The notes below the pieces were generated by a model, which saw only the letters and a list, made by a program, of their open reading frames with translations, did not search any database and was not told where the DNA came from. Positions 1 through 10,550 of a DNA stretch of 64,000 nucleotides are shown here, in pieces. The DNA lies in contig JAUSEX010000040.1 of assembly GCA_030649895.1 (NCBI GenBank), positions 16,839 through 80,838 of the forward strand. Reading direction: 5' to 3'. Each line of letters opens with the position of its first letter. Positions within the stretch are counted from its first letter, which is position 1. The DNA comes from Candidatus Omnitrophota bacterium. Its GTDB lineage: Bacteria > Omnitrophota > Gorgyraeia > Gorgyraeales > Gorgyraeaceae. The position numbers were made by a program, and so were the translations under genes.

Positions 1-1
1 C

Positions 2-958
2 GCGTTGTCATATTACAGGAATGTAATGGATAACGATAAACTTATAGAAGTCAATTCTCTGTTTGAAGAGGTGGCGAAGAAAGAAGGATTTTACTCGAGA
101 AAGCTTATGGAGGAAATTGCCGCAAAGGGCTCTATTAAAGAGATAGAAGATGTGCCTGAAAAATATAGAAAGATTTTTGTCACATCGCATGACATAGCTC
201 CCCTGTGGCATATAAGGATGCAGGCGGTGTTCCAGAAATACACTGATAATGCCGTATCAAAGACAGTTAACTTTCCGCACGATGCAGTAAAGGATGACAT
301 AAGAGAAGTATATATGCTGGCTTTTAAATTGGGATGTAAGGGCGTAACCATTTACAGGGATAAATCCAGGGAGGAACAGGTGCTTAATATTAATTCCAAT
401 GACACGGTGAAAAAAGAAGTAAGCGCTGATTCTGCAGTAGAACCCAAAGATAAGAAAAGCGTTGCTCCGAGGCCAAGGCCTGTTGTTACAAACGGCACTA
501 CGACAAAGGTTGCGACGGGATGCGGGAACCTTTATATAACTATAAATGTTGACGATAAGAGCCTGCCTTTTGAAGTATTTATTCAGATGGGCAAGGCTGG
601 CGGATGTGCTGCGAGTCAGCTGGAAGCGATCGGAAGGCTGGTATCTTTGGCACTCCGTTCAGGGGTGGAGAATAGCAAGATAGTAGAGCAATTAAGAGGC
701 ATACGCTGCCCGTCGCCTTCGTGGGAGAAAAGCGGGAGAATTTTTTCCTGCTCTGACGCAATTGCGAGAGTCCTGGAATTAAGGCTTGGTAACGGAAAGA
801 TGCATCATCAGGAAGAAGCCATGGAAAAACATTCTCCTCATACCATGATAGAGGACAAGCTTGGCACGGTGGTGGGGGTGTGCCCTGATTGCGGAGCTGC
901 GTTAAGGCACGAAGAGGGCTGCGTGGTTTGCCGATCCTGCGGATATTCTAAATGTTAA
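2..958 (+). CDS. nrdJ: Ribonucleotide reductase, class II (adenosylcobalamin-dependent), C-terminal fragment; 5' end lies outside the window
   Basis: Motifs typical of the class II RNR C-terminal region ([25 protein letters not shown]) and a C-terminal CxxC...CxxC zinc ribbon; the ORF is open to the window edge. Confidence 0.7.
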   Translation, partial: ALSYYRNVMDNDKLIEVNSLFEEVAKKEGFYSRKLMEEIAAKGSIKEIEDVPEKYRKIFVTSHDIAPLWHIRMQAVFQKYTDNAVSKTVNFPHDAVKDDIREVYMLAFKLGCKGVTIYRDKSREEQVLNINSNDTVKKEVSADSAVEPKDKKSVAPRPRPVVTNGTTTKVATGCGNLYITINVDDKSLPFEVFIQMGKAGGCAASQLEAIGRLVSLALRSGVENSKIVEQLRGIRCPSPSWEKSGRIFSCSDAIARVLELRLGNGKMHHQEEAMEKHSPHTMIEDKLGTVVGVCPDCGAALRHEEGCVVCRSCGYSKC

Positions 959-1503
959 AACCGGATTCCTGGATCAAAAAAATGGCTTTAGAGTTTAATA
1001 TGATAAAGCCATTCGAGCCCCGGCAGATTAAAGATAAAAATATTTCATACGGCCTTTCAAGTTATGGTTACGATATAAGGATCGCGGATGAATTTAAAAT
1101 CTTCAAAGGCTTCCGCGATAAAGAAATCTTAGACCCTAAAAATATAAGGCCTGATCTATTTGAAGATTTTAAAGGGGACATTTGCGTAATCCCGTCTAAT
1201 TCATTTATCCTCGCAAGGTCCTTTGAATATTTCAAGATCCCGCCCAATGTCCTTGCGCTTTGCACAGGTAAAAGCACATACGCCAGGATAGGCGTAATAG
1301 TTAACGTTACGCCTCTTGAGCCTTCATGGGAAGGTTATCTTACTATAGCTATAAGTAATACCTCTGATTCTCCGGCAAAAATTTATGCAAACGAAGGTAT
1401 AGCCCAGGTTGTATTTTTCGAATCAGACGAGCAGTGCGACGTCACTTACGCTGACCGCAAAGGCAAATACCAGTCCCAGCAATCCATCACTCTATCCAAA
1501 TAA
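952..1503 (+). CDS. dcd: dCTP deaminase
   Basis: 183 aa with the Dcd/dUTPase-fold signature ([18 protein letters not shown] ... [10 protein letters not shown]); overlaps the nrdJ stop by a few nt. Confidence 0.8.
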   Translation: MLKPDSWIKKMALEFNMIKPFEPRQIKDKNISYGLSSYGYDIRIADEFKIFKGFRDKEILDPKNIRPDLFEDFKGDICVIPSNSFILARSFEYFKIPPNVLALCTGKSTYARIGVIVNVTPLEPSWEGYLTIAISNTSDSPAKIYANEGIAQVVFFESDEQCDVTYADRKGKYQSQQSITLSK

Positions 1504-1544
1504 TCCCAAGTTCAATATTGGCGATTTTTAGTTGTTTTACCGGC

Positions 1545-1573
1545 TTGACAAATAGAAGTTTATTAGGTATACT
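1545..1573 (+). promoter_or_regulatory. Sigma70-type promoter, TTGACA-N17-TATACT
   Basis: Perfect -35 hexamer, a 17-nt spacer, near-consensus -10; lies in the 326-nt intergenic region upstream of the giant ORF. Confidence 0.55.
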
Positions 1574-1641
1574 AATTATAGAGTTTATAAAAGAATTATA
1601 GGTTTTTAAAACAGGGGGTTGGCCATGGGCCTCTGTGATAT

Positions 1642-1672
1642 AAGCCAGGCGGCAAATCCTGGCTTTTTTATT
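1642..1672 (+). terminator. Intrinsic terminator-like hairpin plus T-run (possible attenuator or end of a short sRNA)
   Basis: AAGCCAGG-(8 nt loop)-CCTGGCTT followed by TTTTTTATT, about 70 nt downstream of the consensus promoter. Confidence 0.4.
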
Positions 1673-1828
1673 GTAATCTTTGCTAGTTATACATTTCTCG
1701 GGCATTGTTTCTTATTGAATAGGGCCTCTCTCCCATGGCGAGGATAAGTAAACCTATAACACATACAGAAACATGCCCGGGTTTTTTATATGTTTATATA
1801 TAATTTGTAAACCAAAAGGTGTCATGCA

Positions 1829-4800
1829 GTGTTAAATTATAAGAATAAAATCCCAGTTAAATTAATAGCTTTTATATTAATTCAAGCATTCCTCTTAACA
1901 AGCGTAGCTTGCCCGGAATCTCTCTCTAATAAAGGCACATATAGTTTATATATGCATGGTAAAGATCTCAGGGTGCCTCTTGGTTCTTCTGATAGGATGC
2001 GAGAGGTTTTGAATAAGACAACCTCGCGAGGAGAAATAAGAGAAAAAGGCTCGCCTTTAAACCTGTTAGTATATTTAATTATGCATAAGCACTATGGGGG
2101 AAATTCTATATCTATGAGAGATTTGATAACAGCCAGGATGAATCCAGAAACAGATAAGTCATATGCTAGGAGCACTATTCGTCTTGAGATAAATAGTTTA
2201 AAGAAAATAGGCATGTTGGTGGTTGATGGTGAAGGCTTGGATGCTAGATGCGTATTAAGCGAAAAATTTACGCTTTATGATATGGCAGTTATAAATGAAG
2301 AAACCAAAAAAATAATACAAAGAGAAGGCTTGCAAGGCGAAGAGCTTGGCTTGAATAGGTATACGTTAACTGATTTAAGTGAAGAAGAAATAGGTAAAAT
2401 AAGAACAGCAGTGATAAGAGTCAAAGACAATATCAAAATGTCCAAAGAAGCTTTTAGAAGCCCTGAAAACAAAAGCCCCAGAAGAGTTTCTTATGTAAAA
2501 TATGGAAGGCAAACAAATAGTTTTATTAAGCAGTGCGTAAAAGGGGGTTTAATATTATTATGCGGGTTTATTTTCATACTTTATGCGTATCGTTGGATTG
2601 GGCCATCACAAGAGGCGCTTGATGCATTCGGAGACATCAGCGGTACTCCTGGAATAGTGCGGATGTATCAAGATGACAGGCAGCAGCAGCGTTACGAAGC
2701 AGAGCAAATCATAAAAATGCAAGCTAATGATAAAGATTTTTTGGAGACAAAAGAAACTGCGCGCGTTGAAGCGTTTTTAAAAGGCAATAGATTTGACGCA
2801 ATAAAACGCGCAGCCCAGGTGTTTGATTTAGAGCCGGAACTTATAGCCGGGTTTTTATATGAAGAAGCGATATACCAGGATACTCAAAATAAATTAGAGG
2901 TATTTACGAAAGAAAGCTTTTCCAGGTTGCTCAGTATAGGAGGTCCATACAGAGGTACGCTGGGTATGGGCCAGGTTGGCGTAGACTATATGATGAAAAA
3001 GGAATTTTTAGACTGCTTATTTGATAATATAGATTATTTTTTAACAACAGTTAAATCTGAGAGGGATCTGAAATCATTGCGTGAATTCAGGGATTTCTAT
3101 AAGCCCTGGCGTAGTCCTGGCCAGAATCACGGCGCTTTAATGGCGCATGTTCAAAGCGAACAAGGTTTAATCGTAAGTCTGGCTGATGCAGAAGAAGTAA
3201 ATATATTTGCGACAGGGTTTATTATCAGGGCAATCGCAAATCAGATTGCGGTAGATAATAAAGACGTTACTCTTATACCTAGTATGAATAGATTAAACGG
3301 TAATTCAACAAAGTGGGTTATTGTAGAATATAAAGAGATCCCGAAAGGCATGACTTCATTCGGAGATTTACTAAAGAGATACGGCGCGCCATTTTTAACA
3401 AGTTATTACCCTGCTTTAATGCCAGTCTTTGCTGATGCGCAGCGTTATTCAGGCGGAGATGAGAATTATTCCGCGAGAGGGCTCAGTAAAGTCGGAGCGT
3501 ATGAACAAATGTTAAAATGGGGTGGTTTTAAAAGAACGCCAGATCCTAAAAAATCTTTTGTTGCCCATTTCTCTCTCTATTCCAGAAGCAATAGCCTTAC
3601 CCGAGAAGGCCGTACTGACCAATTCCAGATAGGAGAAACTACCTACACAGTAGGCGAATTTAATAAAGAAGGCATAAACCAGTTAGGAGAGCCTGTAGTT
3701 ATTCCTGACCAGGACGGCCGGAATATTATTTTTACTATCCGCGGCCCGCCTGAAAAAAATAACCTAGCGGAATATCTTAGTAAGGATACATTGCTTCTGC
3801 AAGAGGCTATATTCCGCTCGCAATCCCTTTATAATGGCGGTTTAGATCAAGATATAACTATAATATTAGCTGATAAATACGATTATTTAGCAGGAGACCA
3901 CAGGCAAAATAATCTCATAATCCTGAATGCCTCAGACTTGGAAACTATGCTCCAACAAGATCAGGGCGCAATTCTTGTTTCTGAATTAATAGCCTCTTTA
4001 TTGTCGGAAGAACTTGCTCATGAAAGAGGCGCTGATGGAAAAGCTGAAACAGAAGAGAGACTGGCGCAGGATGGCGCTCATGCTACTAGATACGCTATTA
4101 CTCATAAGCCATATGCCCCTACATTATCGGAGTATATAAGTTTTCTTGAAAAGTATACATTAGAGATAAAAGAAGCTAAAGGATATTTGAGCTATTTGAA
4201 GGTGATGAATAGATATCAGGACATGGAATGGACCAGAAAGTTCTCTAAATTAGTTGCGGAGAGAAACGTATGTGTATTCCATATGGAGAATGCGCTTTCC
4301 AGGCAAATCCTGGACAATCTTTACAATAGATTTTTACAAAAAGGCTATACGAAAAAGGCAGCGGAATTTGCTGTTGGCCGCATTGCTCAGCTTACTATGG
4401 CAGGGGGCCTTGGGAATATAAAAAGGGAATTAGGAGATTCATGGAGTGAAAAAGGTGTTAATCCGAAATCTTTTAATCTGCTTTACGGTAGGTGGATTAA
4501 AGGTGTTGGCAATATAGATCAGTCTCTTGTGGGCACGGTATTAGAAACCATGGGGGATTCCCAGTTTAAATTTAAGACAAAGATTTTTAATAGAGATAAT
4601 GTTAATGAGGAGATAGAGGTAGAGGTAACTATATATAGAGATCCGTTTTCTCCATCAAATTACTGGATATACTGCCCGGAAATATTTGACGGGGCATACC
4701 CTGATAATAAGGTTCATCTTGCGCAGCAGCTTCTTTTGTATCGTAAAGCGAGCTTGGAATATCTATTATATCTCCACTCAAAAGGAGAAATTAAAGATAA

Positions 4801-7800
4801 ATTTTTATTCAGCTTGAGCGAGGTGTATACAGCTTTGTTAATCCCGGATGTAATCGAAGACGAATATAGTAATAACCCTGTTCTTAAAGATATATTTATA
4901 CATCATTATAACCATACTGTTGTAGCTGCCGGCATGCCTAAACTACCTCAGTTTTTATACGACATTTTACATATAAAAGAAAAATATAGAAATTCTGTAG
5001 TGCAGTATGGGGAGATAGTTTTGGCGGATCTTATTGGCCAGGGCTCAGATGAAATAACCGGCTGTTCGATGAAACATACAAAGGTGTTGAGAGAAAATAA
5101 TATGGCGAAATTTAAGGATAAAATATCTGATAATATAACTGAGGCAAATAGCGAGGGTGCGTATATAGATAACTGGCAGGACGAAGAAATGCAGAAAGCT
5201 TACGAAAGATATTTTTTAATGCTTGAGGCGACTGATGATGAAGATTTGTTTAAAAAGTTGGACGAAAATCAAGATATTCGTGAAAGATTTACAAAAGATA
5301 TGCTGCTTGCCAAAGAAAGGCAGAAGCAAGTTTTTAAAGAATGGCAAATTTCTTATGGCATTAAGTTAGAAGATGGGCTTAAGTCAGCGTCCCTTACCAG
5401 GAGAATGGTGCCTTATAAGAGATTAGATGTAATCACTGCTATGCTTGGCATAGGAAGTTATATGAATCAATTGAGGGAATTCAAGATAGGGTTTTTTGTG
5501 GGAGGAAGGCATTTTGATATAGACCAATCAGATTTTGGTATAACCCAGCTAAATGTTATTAATAAGATATCAGAAAGAGAACCAGGGTATATTGCTACGG
5601 TTCCTGATAATACCGACTACCCAGGTTATAATATTTTCAATGCCCATAATATTTATGAAGGGGTAGATGCGACTATCATGCTTTCCGATGAAGATTTAGA
5701 AGCAGGGCCGACAAGTCCCAGTAAGGGCCTGGTGAACGGAGCTATTATAATAGCTACTCCGGATGGAGTCATGTCAGAGCTTTTAATAGATTTTAACGAA
5801 GATTCTGTAAATGGGAATGGCTTTAGAGTAGAGTATTACGATCCAGATATTCAAAATATGGTTAGCGATTTTATAAAAGCAGTTGATCCAATATCTAAAG
5901 AGGAAATCCTTGAAAAAGGAAGGAATGGCAGCACACATTTTGCTTTTAATATTTCAAGAGGAATGGTTTATGCTGAATCTATAGGTTTAAAAGGATTTTT
6001 TGATACACAAAATAGATTATTATTTGACAGGGTGACTATATTCAATGCCCCGGAAGATTATATTAATTATATGCTCTGCTTATTTAATGGCGTGAAAGGG
6101 GCAGAAGAGATTATAGCGTGGCTTACGAACTTGAGAGACAATAAAGAATTAGAAGCGTATGAAAAATATTCAGACGTAAAGTCTTTCTTAATAGAAATAC
6201 TTGGTGCAAGGCGAGAGCCTACCATAAAAACTTTATTTAAGGCATTAAAGGGATTCAATGATGCATGGAACGATCCTGAAAAGAAAAACAGATTATTCTA
6301 CAATGCATTTAAGACAGGGATGCTTAAAGCCAATACCTCAACGCACCAGGGCCCTGGGCTGATAAAACTCTTGGAAGAAGGTTTGGAAAGAAAACAACCT
6401 GAAAAAGCAGCTAAGAGCGCGCTTATAGATTTCTTGGATAGCCATAAGGATATTTTTATTAAGTTTGAAGAAGCGGATTTGGATGTGCAAAAACTTATAG
6501 AAAGAGGCAAGGAATTTACGGTTGTTATGCTTGATGGGGATAGTATCAAGAAACGTAATGAGGCTTTTGGAAAAAGTATTGTGGATTGGATGCTCCTTGA
6601 GATGATAGCCTCATTCCATGAAACCGCTAAATTGCTGGATAAAGGCCCATTTAAGATTAATATGAAAGTTTTTCGAAGAGGTGGAGATGAGTTTGGTTTT
6701 ATTATTCAAGCAGATGGGCTTAATGATTTTGATGTAAAGGCGATTCTTGAAATTGTGCGCATAGGGTTGTTTGCAAAAATAAAGTCTAAATATGGCTTAT
6801 TTATTATTGACGCAGAAGGCTTGGCAGAGGAAGACAGGACTAATATTATAGATGAATTGAAGAAAGAAAGAATAGTCAAGGAGACTGAAGAGGTTGGAAA
6901 TAGCATTAATGTTTTATATGCCAAGGATAAGGAAGGTGGAACAGGTCGCATTAAGGATAAAATAGGCATAGCCAAGGTTACAGAAATAGAAGACGAATTT
7001 ATTCTCACGGGTTCTATAGGCGGCTGTTATGTCAATCAAGCAGTGCAGAATGGCATTAAAAGAGAAAATAAAGAAATAAATTTAAACAGCATAATGGCGG
7101 GTGTTAATTATTCTCTATTAAAGGCAAAAGAGGTTAGCATGATGCCTGGCGAAAGCGGGAGAAGAAAAGGGAATAGGATTTACTTATTTAGCGCCAGAGA
7201 ATCAGGTGAAGTAAGTGCTGAAGAATGGTTCCATGATATAGACAAGGTCTCCTCCTCCAGCATATTTAAAGACAGAGGCAGACAGGAAGAGATGGAGCGA
7301 TTATTTATTGCCAGCGAAATTCCAGAAGATAAGCGGGATAATCAAGTTTCGATTGTCTATAACGAGCAAGCGCTCAGGCGAATGATCCAGAACGATCCGG
7401 TCGGTATACTTATGGCTATTGATGCGCTCTGGGCAAATCCAGAGTTTGATAAAAAGTCTCAAGCAGCCAGTCGGGCAGGAGAAATTCATAAAGCGAGGAG
7501 CTATCTTAAAAATTTCTATAAATTTGGAATGTTAAACGATACGCTTCCGGAAAAGATGTATGATGCGGACTGGGTAATCAAGGTTTTTGGTTATACAATC
7601 AAAGAGGAAATAGAAAAGGTTTTTGGAAGAGGTTTTGAAGTAATAATAGCGCGAGCGCCTCCAGGCCAATCACCTGAAAGATTTTTAATCTGGATTAGGC
7701 CAGCTGAAGAAGAAAAACTTACAATAGATAATTTAGGCGAACTTATTACTGGAATAGCCAGTAAGATCTCAGATGACACTATACTTGAACCTTCCATTGC

Positions 7801-9436
7801 TGTAACAGTAACGCCTATCCAGCGTACCATAGGTCGTACTTTTGAAATCATTGATAATCTGAGCAAATTATATATAAGTTATCCTTCAAATAAAATGGAT
7901 ATAGCTGTGGCAAACAAATTTGAAGGAACTTTTCTTGAAGAAGGCGAGAATGTAAGAATTACTAAAGACGGGCATAGTATTGTTTTTTATGATGGGGGCA
8001 ATGAGCAGGAAACCAGAATACCAAGATTTATTGAATTACAAAGAGTCTATGCCTTAGAGGCGTTGCGAGCTAGTATACCTGAAAGGAAAGAAGTTTACGA
8101 TAGGACGCTCAGGAGGCTTTATGCTGATATTGAGGATATACCGAGAGATTCAGAAGAGGCTAAAAATATTATCCCAGATGGAATAGATTTTAGTGAAGCT
8201 CGGCAGAAAATAATAAATGCAATAAAACACAAAAGAACGCCGGATAAAGCAGCGGCCAGAGGTAATGTTTCTGCAGCAATGTTAAATGACACAATAAGGC
8301 CCTTGCTTGTACTTTTAGAAAATTCGGAATCTGCTTTTGATCTTCATACGCTTCTTGGTTTCTTTCAAGATTTGGAGGCAAATCCAGCCTTATCTGACCC
8401 AGAGGATATGAATTTATTTAGATTAGAAATGGATAAACTTTCAAGCAAAGCAAAAGTAAGAATCGCTTATAATATGGAAATGCTAAAAAATGAAAAGAAT
8501 GCGGATTTTCCTAAGTTGAGGTCAGTTTTTAATATACCTGAATTTTATGAATACGAGATCTTGGCGCAATTAAGCATAATTCCGTATATGGCTACTTATA
8601 CTTCTTCGATAAATGAGATTGCCGCTATAGCTGATAATCGCGGAGGATTTAGATTAGCAGGAAAACCTGTCGAAGAAAACGATGGTTATGTTTTTAGATT
8701 TCTGAAAGACGGGAAAAAATATGAAGTTTTCTTAGCGAAAAATTTTGATTTAAGATTAAGAGATAATTTAGAAGAGCTATTTGTACCCAATAAAAATGTA
8801 AACCCTGTTATGACAAACTTAGACAGTCTTTCTGAGATTTGGTCGATTTTTATAAAGTTTTATTTAATGGCGTTAGGTTTGGAGGAAGAGGATGAATCAG
8901 ACGGAATTGATTTTAATGGAAAAAGTTTAATATTTGTTGGCGCGGAAACCCCGGAAATCCCTTTGCAAATCGCTCGACAATTTCCTCTATCTCGAGTAAT
9001 AGTCGTTAACCCAAAGTGGGAAACAAAAAAAGGCGGCAATATTATTGTGATAGGAGACGAGGTTCAGCAGCTTGCAAAATATAAAGATGAGATTGGAATG
9101 GTAGATTTTGTTTTCTCGTCAGGACTTTTTAACATGGAATGGTCAAGGTTTGTTGTAGATGCTCAGAATGATTCTAAAAGCGTATATGAAAGAATGATGA
9201 GTCCTCTGGTTGAGATTTTATCTCCTGATGGCATAATGATTATTTCTGAGGGCCCAAAAGTGCCATCTATAAAGAGCAAGTTAGAAGAAGCGATCCAAGC
9301 CGTGGGCCTGAGAATTTTTAATGAAGAGATCGACATCGGCAAAGACGGAGGCATATATATTATTCGTAGAGCGAATTTAAGAAATGAGATTTTGGAGCGG
9401 AATGATTCCATACAAGCTGTTCAGTCAGGATTATAA
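1829..9436 (+). CDS. Giant membrane-anchored multidomain protein (2535 aa), function unknown; contains a GGDEF-like palm motif and a C-terminal Rossmann/SAM-MTase-like module
   Basis: Uninterrupted 7.6 kb ORF in 40% GC DNA. GTG start with an AAGGTG SD. N-terminal hydrophobic anchor (aa 9-28) and a second TM (aa 238-258). At nt ~6518-6790 the segment VVMLDGDSIKKRNEAFGKS...FRRGGDEFGFII resembles the GGDEF diguanylate-cyclase core. At nt ~8894-9254 LIFVGAETP...VDFVFSSGLF...LSPDGIMIIS resembles class I MTase motifs I-III but without a glycine-rich loop. Confidence 0.6.
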   Translation: MLNYKNKIPVKLIAFILIQAFLLTSVACPESLSNKGTYSLYMHGKDLRVPLGSSDRMREVLNKTTSRGEIREKGSPLNLLVYLIMHKHYGGNSISMRDLITARMNPETDKSYARSTIRLEINSLKKIGMLVVDGEGLDARCVLSEKFTLYDMAVINEETKKIIQREGLQGEELGLNRYTLTDLSEEEIGKIRTAVIRVKDNIKMSKEAFRSPENKSPRRVSYVKYGRQTNSFIKQCVKGGLILLCGFIFILYAYRWIGPSQEALDAFGDISGTPGIVRMYQDDRQQQRYEAEQIIKMQANDKDFLETKETARVEAFLKGNRFDAIKRAAQVFDLEPELIAGFLYEEAIYQDTQNKLEVFTKESFSRLLSIGGPYRGTLGMGQVGVDYMMKKEFLDCLFDNIDYFLTTVKSERDLKSLREFRDFYKPWRSPGQNHGALMAHVQSEQGLIVSLADAEEVNIFATGFIIRAIANQIAVDNKDVTLIPSMNRLNGNSTKWVIVEYKEIPKGMTSFGDLLKRYGAPFLTSYYPALMPVFADAQRYSGGDENYSARGLSKVGAYEQMLKWGGFKRTPDPKKSFVAHFSLYSRSNSLTREGRTDQFQIGETTYTVGEFNKEGINQLGEPVVIPDQDGRNIIFTIRGPPEKNNLAEYLSKDTLLLQEAIFRSQSLYNGGLDQDITIILADKYDYLAGDHRQNNLIILNASDLETMLQQDQGAILVSELIASLLSEELAHERGADGKAETEERLAQDGAHATRYAITHKPYAPTLSEYISFLEKYTLEIKEAKGYLSYLKVMNRYQDMEWTRKFSKLVAERNVCVFHMENALSRQILDNLYNRFLQKGYTKKAAEFAVGRIAQLTMAGGLGNIKRELGDSWSEKGVNPKSFNLLYGRWIKGVGNIDQSLVGTVLETMGDSQFKFKTKIFNRDNVNEEIEVEVTIYRDPFSPSNYWIYCPEIFDGAYPDNKVHLAQQLLLYRKASLEYLLYLHSKGEIKDKFLFSLSEVYTALLIPDVIEDEYSNNPVLKDIFIHHYNHTVVAAGMPKLPQFLYDILHIKEKYRNSVVQYGEIVLADLIGQGSDEITGCSMKHTKVLRENNMAKFKDKISDNITEANSEGAYIDNWQDEEMQKAYERYFLMLEATDDEDLFKKLDENQDIRERFTKDMLLAKERQKQVFKEWQISYGIKLEDGLKSASLTRRMVPYKRLDVITAMLGIGSYMNQLREFKIGFFVGGRHFDIDQSDFGITQLNVINKISEREPGYIATVPDNTDYPGYNIFNAHNIYEGVDATIMLSDEDLEAGPTSPSKGLVNGAIIIATPDGVMSELLIDFNEDSVNGNGFRVEYYDPDIQNMVSDFIKAVDPISKEEILEKGRNGSTHFAFNISRGMVYAESIGLKGFFDTQNRLLFDRVTIFNAPEDYINYMLCLFNGVKGAEEIIAWLTNLRDNKELEAYEKYSDVKSFLIEILGARREPTIKTLFKALKGFNDAWNDPEKKNRLFYNAFKTGMLKANTSTHQGPGLIKLLEEGLERKQPEKAAKSALIDFLDSHKDIFIKFEEADLDVQKLIERGKEFTVVMLDGDSIKKRNEAFGKSIVDWMLLEMIASFHETAKLLDKGPFKINMKVFRRGGDEFGFIIQADGLNDFDVKAILEIVRIGLFAKIKSKYGLFIIDAEGLAEEDRTNIIDELKKERIVKETEEVGNSINVLYAKDKEGGTGRIKDKIGIAKVTEIEDEFILTGSIGGCYVNQAVQNGIKRENKEINLNSIMAGVNYSLLKAKEVSMMPGESGRRKGNRIYLFSARESGEVSAEEWFHDIDKVSSSSIFKDRGRQEEMERLFIASEIPEDKRDNQVSIVYNEQALRRMIQNDPVGILMAIDALWANPEFDKKSQAASRAGEIHKARSYLKNFYKFGMLNDTLPEKMYDADWVIKVFGYTIKEEIEKVFGRGFEVIIARAPPGQSPERFLIWIRPAEEEKLTIDNLGELITGIASKISDDTILEPSIAVTVTPIQRTIGRTFEIIDNLSKLYISYPSNKMDIAVANKFEGTFLEEGENVRITKDGHSIVFYDGGNEQETRIPRFIELQRVYALEALRASIPERKEVYDRTLRRLYADIEDIPRDSEEAKNIIPDGIDFSEARQKIINAIKHKRTPDKAAARGNVSAAMLNDTIRPLLVLLENSESAFDLHTLLGFFQDLEANPALSDPEDMNLFRLEMDKLSSKAKVRIAYNMEMLKNEKNADFPKLRSVFNIPEFYEYEILAQLSIIPYMATYTSSINEIAAIADNRGGFRLAGKPVEENDGYVFRFLKDGKKYEVFLAKNFDLRLRDNLEELFVPNKNVNPVMTNLDSLSEIWSIFIKFYLMALGLEEEDESDGIDFNGKSLIFVGAETPEIPLQIARQFPLSRVIVVNPKWETKKGGNIIVIGDEVQQLAKYKDEIGMVDFVFSSGLFNMEWSRFVVDAQNDSKSVYERMMSPLVEILSPDGIMIISEGPKVPSIKSKLEEAIQAVGLRIFNEEIDIGKDGGIYIIRRANLRNEILERNDSIQAVQSGL

Positions 9437-9558
9437 AGTTCATGCCGAAGCGAATATTTCTTTTGATTTTTTAAAACCCTTGATGTATAGTAAGGGCATA
9501 TAAAACATTATCAAAAATAAAAATAGAAGTTCGAGATAAATCTGAAAAAGGGAGAGTT

Positions 9559-10317
9559 ATGAACGGCAATATAAGGTTAGTTCTTTTAAGGCACGGGGAG
9601 AGCATCTGGAATAAGGAAAATAAATTTACAGGGTGGACTGATGTGGACCTTTCTGAAAAAGGCATGAGCGAGGCAAAAGAAGCAGGAAAGACCCTTAAGA
9701 AAGAAGGCTACGAGTTTGATGTAGCGTTCACATCTGTTTTAAAAAGGGCGATAAGGACACTGTGGCTTGTTCTGGATGAGATGGATTTAATGTGGATACC
9801 TGTATGTAATTCGTGGCGTTTGAACGAAAGGCATTACGGGGCGTTGCAGGGCCTTAATAAATCAGAAATGGCTCAAAAGTTCGGGGAAGACAAGGTGCTT
9901 ATCTGGAGAAGAAGCTATGATGTTCCGCCAATGGCGCTTGAAAAAGATGATTCGAGATATCCTGGAAATGATCCAAGATATAAAGGCCTTAGCGAAAAAG
10001 ACCTGCCTCTTACAGAGAGTTTAAAGGAAACAGTCGCAAGGGTTGTACCATATTGGAAGGAAGTAATCGCTCCTATGCTAGGGTCCGGCAAAAAGGTTAT
10101 TATAGCTGCGCATGGAAACAGCTTAAGGGCGCTCGTGAAATATCTGGATAATATATCAGAAGAAGAAATAGTGAAATTAAATATACCTACCGGGATCCCG
10201 CTTGTTTATGAGCTCACTAGAAACCTGAAGCCTTTGAAGCGTTATTATCTGGGCGACCAGGAGAAGATACGCGCCGCTATAGCGTCTGTTTCCAACCAGG
10301 GCAAGGCCGGCAAATAA
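9559..10317 (+). CDS. gpmA: 2,3-bisphosphoglycerate-dependent phosphoglycerate mutase
   Basis: [29 protein letters not shown] catalytic-His motif; 252 aa, full-length. Confidence 0.85.
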   Translation: MNGNIRLVLLRHGESIWNKENKFTGWTDVDLSEKGMSEAKEAGKTLKKEGYEFDVAFTSVLKRAIRTLWLVLDEMDLMWIPVCNSWRLNERHYGALQGLNKSEMAQKFGEDKVLIWRRSYDVPPMALEKDDSRYPGNDPRYKGLSEKDLPLTESLKETVARVVPYWKEVIAPMLGSGKKVIIAAHGNSLRALVKYLDNISEEEIVKLNIPTGIPLVYELTRNLKPLKRYYLGDQEKIRAAIASVSNQGKAGK

Positions 10318-10383
10318 GTTCTTGAAATCATGTTAGTTTGATGTTAAAAGTAAAAAGTAATCGGCTCCCAATATACCACGCCC

Positions 10384-10412
10384 TTGACGATATCGCAATC
10401 ATAGGATATACT
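10384..10412 (+). promoter_or_regulatory. Sigma70-type promoter, TTGACG-N17-TATACT
   Basis: Near-consensus hexamers with a 17-nt spacer, about 140 nt upstream of the membrane-protein gene; the leader contains imperfect inverted repeats. Confidence 0.45.
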
Positions 10413-10550
10413 TTATCTTTTAGAAAATGAAGCTCAATCCTGTCAGGTTGAAACCAGGGATTTTTTGGGCGAAATACAAAGTCCTGAGCTTGTCGAAGGA
10501 CTGAGCCTGCTATTTTTCTGTGGCGGGCGAATGTAGAAAGGGGGGCATAT

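Noticed and set aside
1575-1828. Possible c-di-GMP or other riboswitch in the leader of the giant GGDEF-like gene
   Set aside because: I could not find GEMM-type conserved blocks (no ACGCAAAGC-like or paired GGCAAAC motifs); I kept only the promoter/terminator observation.
2819-3014. Lytic-transglycosylase (SLT) domain in the giant protein
   Set aside because: Only a loose EEA...GMGQV resemblance, no third motif, and the topology conflicts with the cytoplasmic-type palm module on the same side of TM2; kept only as a remark.
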